A DNA stretch of 31,863 nt from contig JANQHR010000077.1 in assembly GCA_028282585.1 (NCBI GenBank), positions 1-31,863 of the forward strand, written 5' to 3'. The notes below the pieces were generated by a model. That model searched no databases, was not told the DNA's origin, and saw nothing but the letters and a program-made list of their open reading frames with translations. The DNA comes from Bacteroidales bacterium (GTDB lineage: Bacteria > Bacteroidota > Bacteroidia > Bacteroidales > UBA12077). The translations under genes and the position numbers were made by a program. Shown in pieces: positions 16,085 to 24,332 of the stretch. Position 1 is the stretch's first letter, and each line of letters opens with the position of its first letter.

Positions 16085-18475
16085 ATGAAAAACCAAGTCA
16101 AAAACTCTGATTTCAAATCAAAGATAGGCAGCTTTGATTACAAAATTGCACTTAAATCCGCACATGACCTCTCCGACGAAATATTTAAAGAAAACTTATT
16201 TTCAAAAATATTAAATTTCTCAACAAACGTACTTGGCGCAACCAAAGCTATTTTGTTAATAAATGAAAGTGGTGAATTAAAAATAAGGGCAATTCAAAAT
16301 AACATAATTCATGAGCCAATCATTGTTGATTGTATGCCTTATAAAAACTCTAAAGATCTTTCACATGAGATAGTTAACTATGTAATTACAACAAATAAAT
16401 ACCTCTTTTTTAATAAACAAGAAAACCGTGAACCTGGTCTGACTAATAACTATATCTCTAAAAAAAAGATTAAATCTTTATTATGCTACCCACTTAACTA
16501 CAAGCAAAAACGAATTGGAATGCTTTACCTTGAAAGTGATAGAGAAAATACTTTTTTATCCGAGGTAAATGAAGAATTGGAATTTGTGATGAAACAAATT
16601 TCCATATCATTAAAAAATGCTATTCTTTATTCCGAAATGGAGAAAAGGTTGATTGACCGAACACATGAGATTGAACAACAAATTGAAGAAAATGTGGTTC
16701 AAACTGAACATTTAAAGCTAATAAACAGGGATTTAGAGGAAAAAAACACTAAAATCAATCAACAAAAAAGAGAAATTGAAAAACAGTCAAGACAACTTGA
16801 AATAAAAAATAAGGAACTAGAAAAACTCTATATTTCAGCTCAAAAAACTGACAATGCAATTGTTATTGCAGATGCAAACGGTGATATAGAGTGGGTTAAC
16901 GAAGGTTTTACAAGAATTTACGGATATTCACTTCCTGAATTTATTGAGGAAAAAGGATTATCATTAATTGCTGCAAGCACAAATCCGGATATTGATGATA
17001 TTATTAAAAAAGTGATAAGTACCAAAAAAACTATCAGATATAATTCCAGAGGTGTGGGAAAAACGAAAAAATCAATGTGGATGCGCACTACACTTACACC
17101 TATTTTGGATGAGAATGATGAAATATATAAGTTAGTTGCTATTGACTCTGATATTACTAAATTAAAAGAAGCAGAAGAAGAAATAATAAAACAAAAAGAA
17201 GAAATTGAAGCACAAAGAGATTTAGCAAACGAACAAACCAGACAAATACAAGAACAGAACCAACAACTTGACAAACATAAATCAGAGTTAGAAAAAATCG
17301 TTGAGAAGAGAACTGCCCAATTGAAATTTGCAAAAGAAAGAGCGGAAGAATCCGATCAATTAAAATCTTCTTTTTTAGCAAATATGTCGCATGAAATTCG
17401 AACTCCGATGAATGCCATTATTGGTTTTTCTGAGTTAATTGCCGATCCGGAAATAGGAAATGACCAAAGAAAAGAATTGGTAACCCATTTGAATAGTAAT
17501 TGTAATTCATTACTTCATCTAATTGATGATATCATTGATATTGCAAGAATTGAAGCTGGGCAATTACGTATCTTTAAGCAAGATTGTTTTATTAATCAAA
17601 CATTTATAGAGATTTACGAATCTTTTAGTGAAACCCAATTGAAAGAAAACAAGAATGTTGATCTAATTGCAGAAATTGAAAATACTGACGAAAATCTCTC
17701 AATAATTACCGACCCTTATCGTTTCCGACAGATTATGAATAATTTAATTGGAAATGCAATTAAATTCACCGACCAGGGGTTTATTAAGTTCGGATATCAG
17801 ATTGAACCTAGCGAACACAAAGGATTTATTAAATTTTATATTCAGGACACCGGTATTGGTTTAAGCATAAAAGAACAAAAAGAAGTTTTCCAACAATTTA
17901 GAAAGATCGATTCTGAAAAGAATAGTAAACTATATCGTGGCGCCGGCTTAGGATTAGCCATTTCTAAAAACCTGATTAATGAATTAGGAGGAGAAATATG
18001 GATTGAATCAGAACTTGGAATTGGATCAACATTTTATTTCACACTGCCTTATATAAAATCTAACACAAAATACAAACAGGTTGAAACTACAAGTAAATCT
18101 TACAAATGGGAAAATAAAACCATTCTTGTTGGAGAAGATGAAGAAAGTAATATTAAAATGTTAAGTCTGATTTTACAAAAAACAAATGTGAATTTAATTC
18201 ATGTAAAGAATGGAAAAGAAGCAGTTAACAAATACATGGAAGATCCTGAGATTGATTTAATCCTGCTTGATATAAAAATGCCTAAAATGACTGGATTAGA
18301 AGCTACTCGCGAAATAAGGCGCTTCGATAGTGAAATCCCGATTATAGCATTTACAGCTTATGCTATGCCTTCTGACCAACAAAAAGCCATCGAATTCGGT
18401 TGCACAGACTTTATTGCAAAACCAATAAAAACTGATAAACTTCTTGGTAAATTAGATTATTACCTAAATAAATAA
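16085..18475 (+). CDS. Soluble hybrid sensor histidine kinase (GAF - coiled coil - PAS - HisKA - HATPase - REC)
   Basis: No TM; GAF (KSLLCYPL...IGMLYLE), PAS (NAIVIAD...WVNEGF...GY...DIT), FLANMSHEIRTPMN, NLIGNAIKFT, DTGIG, GAGLGL, REC (LDIKMP, FIAKP). Confidence 0.93.
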   Translation: MKNQVKNSDFKSKIGSFDYKIALKSAHDLSDEIFKENLFSKILNFSTNVLGATKAILLINESGELKIRAIQNNIIHEPIIVDCMPYKNSKDLSHEIVNYVITTNKYLFFNKQENREPGLTNNYISKKKIKSLLCYPLNYKQKRIGMLYLESDRENTFLSEVNEELEFVMKQISISLKNAILYSEMEKRLIDRTHEIEQQIEENVVQTEHLKLINRDLEEKNTKINQQKREIEKQSRQLEIKNKELEKLYISAQKTDNAIVIADANGDIEWVNEGFTRIYGYSLPEFIEEKGLSLIAASTNPDIDDIIKKVISTKKTIRYNSRGVGKTKKSMWMRTTLTPILDENDEIYKLVAIDSDITKLKEAEEEIIKQKEEIEAQRDLANEQTRQIQEQNQQLDKHKSELEKIVEKRTAQLKFAKERAEESDQLKSSFLANMSHEIRTPMNAIIGFSELIADPEIGNDQRKELVTHLNSNCNSLLHLIDDIIDIARIEAGQLRIFKQDCFINQTFIEIYESFSETQLKENKNVDLIAEIENTDENLSIITDPYRFRQIMNNLIGNAIKFTDQGFIKFGYQIEPSEHKGFIKFYIQDTGIGLSIKEQKEVFQQFRKIDSEKNSKLYRGAGLGLAISKNLINELGGEIWIESELGIGSTFYFTLPYIKSNTKYKQVETTSKSYKWENKTILVGEDEESNIKMLSLILQKTNVNLIHVKNGKEAVNKYMEDPEIDLILLDIKMPKMTGLEATREIRRFDSEIPIIAFTAYAMPSDQQKAIEFGCTDFIAKPIKTDKLLGKLDYYLNK

Positions 18476-18500
18476 TTAAACATTAACTCCTGTTTTATTG

Positions 18501-18537
18501 TAATTAACAAATAGTTAATTATTTTCGATTAAATTTG
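18501..18537 (+). promoter_or_regulatory. Promoter with palindromic operator upstream of the Fe-S protein operon
   Basis: Perfect inverted repeat TAATTAAC-aaata-GTTAATTA (18501-18521); -7 box TAAATTTG (18530-18537) 5 nt before the ATG. Confidence 0.5.
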
Positions 18538-18542
18538 CTACC

Positions 18543-19013
18543 ATGGAAAAGAACGATAGAGATTATAGTAATGGTGAAATAACTGTGCATTGGCAACCTT
18601 CTAAATGTATTCACTCAACAATTTGCTATTCAAAATTACGAGCAGTTTTTGATCCTGGCAGACGACCATGGATTAGAATGGATAAAGGAACCACTGACGA
18701 GATTATTGATATTGTGAATCAGTGTCCGACAGATGCACTGACTTATAGTCGAAATGAAACATCAGAAAATGCAAAAAAGGAAGAACCTAAGAAGGAAGTA
18801 TCAGAAGTAAAATCAAAAGAAGAAGCCCCAACAAAAATTCAAATTATGGATGAAGGACCCATTATTGTTTCAGGTAATTTTATATTAAAGGATATCAATG
18901 GAGTTGAATTGGCAAAAGCAAATAATGTAGCATTGTGCAGATGTGGAAATTCATCTACTCAGCCATTTTGTGATGGTACACATAATCGAATTGATTTTAA
19001 GGAAAACAGATAA
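18543..19013 (+). CDS. Fusion of YjdI-like (Fer4_19) Fe-S domain and CDGSH [2Fe-2S] domain
   Basis: CIHSTIC...VFDP.RRPWI...CPTDAL; acidic/Lys linker; LCRCGNS..QPFCDGTH. Confidence 0.88.
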   Translation: MEKNDRDYSNGEITVHWQPSKCIHSTICYSKLRAVFDPGRRPWIRMDKGTTDEIIDIVNQCPTDALTYSRNETSENAKKEEPKKEVSEVKSKEEAPTKIQIMDEGPIIVSGNFILKDINGVELAKANNVALCRCGNSSTQPFCDGTHNRIDFKENR

Positions 19014-19016
19014 TCC

Positions 19017-19418
19017 GTGGAGAAATCAATTAAACAACCTTCTAATCCTCTTATTAAATATTTACTGGCTTTTCTAGGTTTAATCTCGCTTTCGCTTGGA
19101 ATGATTGGAGTTTTTCTGCCATTATTACCAACAACTCCTTTCCTATTGCTATCTGCGGCTTTGTTCATGAAAAGTTCCAGAAGGTTGTATAATTGGCTAT
19201 TAAATAATAAATATTTAGGTAAGTATCTCACTAATTACATGCATTATAGAACTATTTCTGTTAAAGCTAAGATATCATCCATATTGTTACTTTGGATAGC
19301 AATTTTAGCTTCAATATTCTTTGTTGTAGAGAAAATAGTCATTAAAGTAATACTTTTGGTAATTGCAGTAGCAGTAAGCTGGCATATTTTATCTTTTAAA
19401 TCAACCATAGAAAAATGA
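19017..19418 (+). CDS. YbaN/DUF454 family inner membrane protein
   Basis: Signature LG.IGVFLPLLPTTPFLLLSAALF.KSS.RL..WL; GTG start. Confidence 0.9.
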   Translation: MEKSIKQPSNPLIKYLLAFLGLISLSLGMIGVFLPLLPTTPFLLLSAALFMKSSRRLYNWLLNNKYLGKYLTNYMHYRTISVKAKISSILLLWIAILASIFFVVEKIVIKVILLVIAVAVSWHILSFKSTIEK

Positions 19419-19693
19419 TAACAGTTCTAGTTATAATGACAGCCGGAATACTTATCGGTTGGTTAATAAGTAATAAAGAAAAACTTCTGAAAATAAACTC
19501 TGAATTAACTAATTGGGCAATATACCTTCTTTTGTTTTTACTAGGATTATCTGTTGGCAGTAACGAAGAAATCTTAACCAATTTTGATAGAATTGGACTT
19601 CAAGCAATTGTTATTACCATTTTTGCTGTGATAGGAAGTATCCTTGTTTCTTGGTTAACTTATATAATATTTTTTAAAAAAAATGAAAGGTAG
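19415..19693 (+). CDS. LysO/DUF340 family transporter, small (N-terminal) subunit
   Basis: 92 aa, three TMs, IYLLLFLLGLSVGSN motif; ATGA overlap with ybaN and 11-nt overlap with the next gene. Confidence 0.8.
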   Translation: MITVLVIMTAGILIGWLISNKEKLLKINSELTNWAIYLLLFLLGLSVGSNEEILTNFDRIGLQAIVITIFAVIGSILVSWLTYIIFFKKNER

Positions 19694-20279
19694 TTTAATC
19701 ATATTGGCTTTTTTTGTTGCAGGATTACTAACCGGGGTTTTTAATCTACTACCTGATCATTTATTACAAAATGATTATAGTTTATATGCTCTTTACTTTT
19801 TAATGTTTTTGGTTGGTATAGGAATAGGAAGTAATAAAAAATCTTTATCTCTTATAAAATCGATCAATTTTAAAATTATTTTAGTACCCTTATCTGTTAT
19901 CATTGGAACGTACATTGGCGTTTCGGTATTTGCTATATTACAAGATAACCTTAGCCTGGCTGATTCATTGGCTATTGGATCCGGCTTTGGCTATTATAGT
20001 TTGTCCAGTGTTTTAATTTCTGAAGTTTCCGGAGATATTTTAGGAGTAATTGCCTTATTATCAAACATTACACGTGAGATTATCACTTTGCTTCTCACTC
20101 CAATTTTCGCAAGATACTTTGGAAAATTAGCTCCTATTTCATCAGGTGGAGCTACAGCAATGGATACCACTTTACCTGTAATTACAAAATATATAGGATC
20201 TGATTATGCTATCATCTCGGTGTTTAGTGGAGTGGTTTTAACGATACTCGTCCCGTTTCTAATTGCTATTATACTATAA
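19683..20279 (+). CDS. LysO (YbjE)-family lysine exporter, large (C-terminal) subunit
   Basis: GSGFGYYSLS, LSNITREI, GGATAMDTTLPVI signatures. Confidence 0.88.
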   Translation: MKGSLIILAFFVAGLLTGVFNLLPDHLLQNDYSLYALYFLMFLVGIGIGSNKKSLSLIKSINFKIILVPLSVIIGTYIGVSVFAILQDNLSLADSLAIGSGFGYYSLSSVLISEVSGDILGVIALLSNITREIITLLLTPIFARYFGKLAPISSGGATAMDTTLPVITKYIGSDYAIISVFSGVVLTILVPFLIAIIL

Positions 20280-20385
20280 ATGCTTAATAACATTTAAGAT
20301 ATTATTCATATCTTTTTGTATAATTATTTCAATAACATTCATAATTTTACACGCTCTTTGAATATTTTCTTTAAACTTTACAGAA

Positions 20386-21651
20386 ATGGCTGGAAAAATG
20401 AATATAAACGTACGTTCTGAAATTGGGGAATTGGAAGGTGTAATCCTTCATACACCTGGTAGTGAAGTTGAAAACATGACTCCTAAAAATGCTGAAAGAG
20501 CTTTATATAGTGACATATTAAACCTTAAAGTTGCTCAGCAAGAATATGCTCAGTTAAGTGGTGCATTAGGTAAACTAACTAAAACTTTTCAGGTAAAAGA
20601 TCTTTTGTCAGATATTTTAACTAATGAAAAAGTTAAAGAAAATCTTTTAAGTAAGATTTGTCAATATGAGCAAAAATGCTTTTTAAACGAATATCTTAAC
20701 TCCTTAGATAATAAAGAACTTGCGCGTCAATTAATTGAAGGCGTTGTTGAGAAAAAAGATACGTTAACTAAATATCTGAGTAAAGAAAGATATTCGCTTC
20801 GTCCATTACATAATTTCTTTTATACCCGCGATGCAGCCATGTCTGTACTTGATGATATTTTGATTGGACGCATGGCAAGCGACGTTCGGGAAAGAGAATC
20901 ATTAATAATGGAAGCCATCTTCGATTATCACGAGAACTTTATAACAAAAACAGTAAATCCTTTAAATAGCCCAAACTATTCAAAGGAAACAGCAATTGAA
21001 GGAGGTGACGTGTTGGTTGCTCGTGATGATATTTTATGTATTGGAACAGGTACAAGAACAACATCCCAAGGTATTGACTTTATACTGGAGCGTTTATTGG
21101 CTCAAAACGAAAAGAATCGCCATATTTTAATTCAGGAATTACCTTTTAAGCCTGAATCGTTCATTCACCTTGATATGGTTTTTACATTTTTGGATGTAGA
21201 TACTTGTATGGTTTATGAACCACTTATAATGCAAACTAATAGATACGAAACCATTCATATCGCAATTGAGAATGGAAAGGTAACCTCCATTAAAGAAGAA
21301 GAAAATCTCTTAAAATCATTAAAAGATCTTGGTATGGACCTAAAACCAGTTTTATGTGGTGGAAATAAAGACCCATGGGTACAAGAAAGAGAACAATGGC
21401 ATAGTGGTGCAAACTTCTTTGCTGTTGGTCCCGGAAAAGTTATAGGTTATGGTCGTAACGTTTATACTATTGAGGAAATGAATAAAAACGGATTTGAGGT
21501 ATTTAAAGCTAATGATGTTATCAACGGAAAAGTCGATCCAAAAGCTTATAAAAAGTATGTAATTACAATAGAGGGTTCAGAGTTACCCAGAGGCGGTGGT
21601 GGTGCCCGCTGCATGACAATGCCTATTCGAAGAAAACCTGTTAAATGGTAA
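20386..21651 (+). CDS. arcA: Arginine deiminase
   Basis: V.SEIG.L..V.LH.PG.E, NFFYTRD, IEGGD, HLDMVFT, REQW, SELPRGGGGARCMTMP (catalytic Cys). Confidence 0.93.
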   Translation: MAGKMNINVRSEIGELEGVILHTPGSEVENMTPKNAERALYSDILNLKVAQQEYAQLSGALGKLTKTFQVKDLLSDILTNEKVKENLLSKICQYEQKCFLNEYLNSLDNKELARQLIEGVVEKKDTLTKYLSKERYSLRPLHNFFYTRDAAMSVLDDILIGRMASDVRERESLIMEAIFDYHENFITKTVNPLNSPNYSKETAIEGGDVLVARDDILCIGTGTRTTSQGIDFILERLLAQNEKNRHILIQELPFKPESFIHLDMVFTFLDVDTCMVYEPLIMQTNRYETIHIAIENGKVTSIKEEENLLKSLKDLGMDLKPVLCGGNKDPWVQEREQWHSGANFFAVGPGKVIGYGRNVYTIEEMNKNGFEVFKANDVINGKVDPKAYKKYVITIEGSELPRGGGGARCMTMPIRRKPVKW

Positions 21652-21717
21652 AAAAATAAAAAGAGGCGGTCTTTTAGCAAGTAAAATATTTAAAAAAGGA
21701 CTCATATTGGGACAATT

Positions 21718-21754
21718 AAAAGAGCTGTTGAAAACTTTTCGGCAGCTCTTTTTT
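21718..21754 (+). terminator. Intrinsic terminator downstream of arcA
   Basis: AAAAGAGCTGTTGAAAA-C-TTTTCGGCAGCTCTTTT stem (two G-U pairs on +) ending in a T run. Confidence 0.8.
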
Positions 21755-21831
21755 ATAAGTCTATTTAAAACAAATTATCCTAAAGATTGTAACTAATATT
21801 AAAATAATACGTCATAAATAAAAAGTAAAAG

Positions 21832-24219
21832 ATGTTTAGAAATTATATCGTTGTTACTTTCCGAAATTTTATAAAACAAAAATGGTATTCAATAATTAAT
21901 CTACTTGGATTAACTGCAGGGCTAACCGCTGCTATGTTGATTCTGATCTTTGTTTTGCACGAGTTAAGTTACGATAAATTTCATGATCAAAATCAAAACA
22001 TCTATCGCGTCATAACAAATATTAACATTGGAGGTAAACAACAAACATTTGCTTTAAGCCAAACACCTCTCGGACCTGAGATTAACAGAAGGTATCCGGA
22101 GTTTACCTCATACACAAGAATTCACAGATCGTGGAACTCAATTCTAATTTCAAAAAATGAATCAAAATTCTACGAAAAAAACCTTATTAGTGCTGACTCA
22201 AGTTTTTTTGAAACCTTTGATTTTAAAATAATTCAGGGTAATCCCAAGGAAATGTTAGCTAGGCCTTATACCATTGTTCTTACGGAATCAATGGCCAAAA
22301 AATACTTCCCGGATAAGAATGCAATAGGAGAGATTCTCACGGTTAACAACAACAAAGATTACGAAGTTACTGGAATTATTGAGGACCCTCCTGCAAATTC
22401 TCATTTTACATTTGATGGAATTCTTTCATTTATAACTCTTTATCAGGGCGAAATGGCAAAATGGATGGATAGTTGGATTGGAAATATTAATTATTATACA
22501 TACCTAAAAACCAATGGTTCAAAAAGCAAAACCGAACTTGAGGATTTAATAAATGAAGTAGTTTTAGAAAAAGCAGGGCAATCTTTTGAAGATTACGGAT
22601 TTAGTTTATCTACAAATTTGCAGAATATTACTCATATTCATCTTCACTCTGATTTTGAACATGAAATTCAACCTCAAGGTGATGTTACATACGTTTATAT
22701 TTTTATAGCTGTTAGTATATTTATTCTGGTTATTGCTTCTATAAATTTTATGAACTTATCAACAGCAAGATCTGCTAAAAGAGCCCAAGAGGTGGGTATT
22801 AGAAAAGTTGTTGGTTCAAAACGCAGATCATTAATATTTCAGTTTATTGGAGAATCCCTTATTTATTCGATTCTTTCATTCCTATTTGCAATATTATTTA
22901 CCGAATTTCTCATACACTATTTCGGGCAAATAATGAACAGAGATTTATTCGGCATTTATAATAACCTAAACGTATTAGGCCTATTTCTTATTATTAGTTT
23001 AATTGTTGGTATATTTTCCGGTATTTATCCTGCTTTTTATTTGTCAAGCTTTAAACCAACCAAAGTATTAAAGGGCGAACTTACTCAAGGAAAAAGTGGG
23101 ACATCTTTCCGAAATCTTTTGGTTATAACCCAATTTGCTATTTCTGTTATCTTAATTATAAGTACTGTAACTGTTTATAAACAGCTAGCTTATATCCAAA
23201 ATAAAAAATTGGGGTTCGATAAGGAATCCGTGATCATTGTGCCATTAAGATTAAATTCATTAAAAGACAAAATAAATACCATTAAATCAGAAGTCGAAAC
23301 TATCCCAGGGGTTATCAGCACCTCTGCTTCACAAAATTATTTTGGAAATTCATTTAGTGGTAATGCTTATCGGTTTGAAGGCATGGCAGATAATGAAACA
23401 CTGCTTATGAGTTATATTGAAGTAGATTACGATTTTTTTGATTTATATAAAATGAATTTTATTGAAGGGCGTGGGTTTTCCAGAGAATTTAGAACTGATG
23501 AAAAAACTGTTGTAATGAATCAGGCCGCTGCTAAACTCTCTGGATTGGATAATGTTTTAAACACAACGGTTTGGGCGCCTGACTCAACCGAATATAAAGT
23601 AATTGGAATAGTAAAAGATTTCCATTTCCAATCATTAAGACAGTCCATTGAACCTGTTATGATCTTACCAGTTAAAAACAACCTAAGTTACCTAAGTATA
23701 AAAATTCAAAAAGATATAATTCAGGAAACCATAAATAGATTAGAAAGAAAATGGCAAGAAATAGATAATTCACGACCATTTGATTACTTCTTTTTAGATG
23801 AAGAAATCGGTAATTTTTACAGGCAGGAAACCAAGCTTGGACAAATATACTTATACTTTTCTATTCTTGCTGTTATTATTGCATTGTTGGGTTTATTTGG
23901 ACTCTCAGCTTATATGGCAGAACAAAAATATAAGGAAATTGGTATCCGTAAGGTTTTTGGTGCTTCAATTAATTCAATTATTTATAGGCTTTCAAGGAAC
24001 TTTTTAAAGCTTGTTCTAATTTCAAATATGCTTGCTTGGCCTATTGCTTTTTTATTAATGAAAAGATGGCTGGAAAACTTTGCTTACACTAAAGGTTTAG
24101 CATGGTGGATTTTCATTTTTGCAACACTATTATCTTTGGGAATCGCTTTTTTAACTGTAAGTATTCAAGCGTATCGCGCAGCTATAGCTAACCCTGCTGA
24201 ATCTCTCAAGAACGAATAA
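21832..24219 (+). CDS. ABC transporter permease, tandem MacB-PCD/FtsX type
   Basis: INLLGLTAGL, ELSYDKFH, INFMNLSTARSAKRAQEVGIRKVVGS, KEIGIRKVFGAS, ANPAESLKNE. Confidence 0.93.
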   Translation: MFRNYIVVTFRNFIKQKWYSIINLLGLTAGLTAAMLILIFVLHELSYDKFHDQNQNIYRVITNINIGGKQQTFALSQTPLGPEINRRYPEFTSYTRIHRSWNSILISKNESKFYEKNLISADSSFFETFDFKIIQGNPKEMLARPYTIVLTESMAKKYFPDKNAIGEILTVNNNKDYEVTGIIEDPPANSHFTFDGILSFITLYQGEMAKWMDSWIGNINYYTYLKTNGSKSKTELEDLINEVVLEKAGQSFEDYGFSLSTNLQNITHIHLHSDFEHEIQPQGDVTYVYIFIAVSIFILVIASINFMNLSTARSAKRAQEVGIRKVVGSKRRSLIFQFIGESLIYSILSFLFAILFTEFLIHYFGQIMNRDLFGIYNNLNVLGLFLIISLIVGIFSGIYPAFYLSSFKPTKVLKGELTQGKSGTSFRNLLVITQFAISVILIISTVTVYKQLAYIQNKKLGFDKESVIIVPLRLNSLKDKINTIKSEVETIPGVISTSASQNYFGNSFSGNAYRFEGMADNETLLMSYIEVDYDFFDLYKMNFIEGRGFSREFRTDEKTVVMNQAAAKLSGLDNVLNTTVWAPDSTEYKVIGIVKDFHFQSLRQSIEPVMILPVKNNLSYLSIKIQKDIIQETINRLERKWQEIDNSRPFDYFFLDEEIGNFYRQETKLGQIYLYFSILAVIIALLGLFGLSAYMAEQKYKEIGIRKVFGASINSIIYRLSRNFLKLVLISNMLAWPIAFLLMKRWLENFAYTKGLAWWIFIFATLLSLGIAFLTVSIQAYRAAIANPAESLKNE

Positions 24220-24332
24220 AAAAGATTGTCTTTTGTTTTTTAGAAAAGCTTTTTTGTTTAACAAATTCAACTTTGTTTTTTATTTTAATTTTCATAACTT
24301 GTTGTTTGACTGTACATTTTGAAGTACAAGTT

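Noticed and set aside
16918-17381. Two antisense ORFs (118 and 74 aa)
   Set aside because: Shadows of the A-rich coiled-coil region of the kinase.
20295-20370. ArgR boxes upstream of arcA
   Set aside because: Only ATTCATA half-sites (20304, 20337); the best full matches have three mismatches in very AT-rich DNA.
24273-24332. Hydrophobic N-terminal extension suggesting a signal or TM helix on the large kinase
   Set aside because: Derives from a TTG in T-rich intergenic DNA; ATG 24333 is more plausible.
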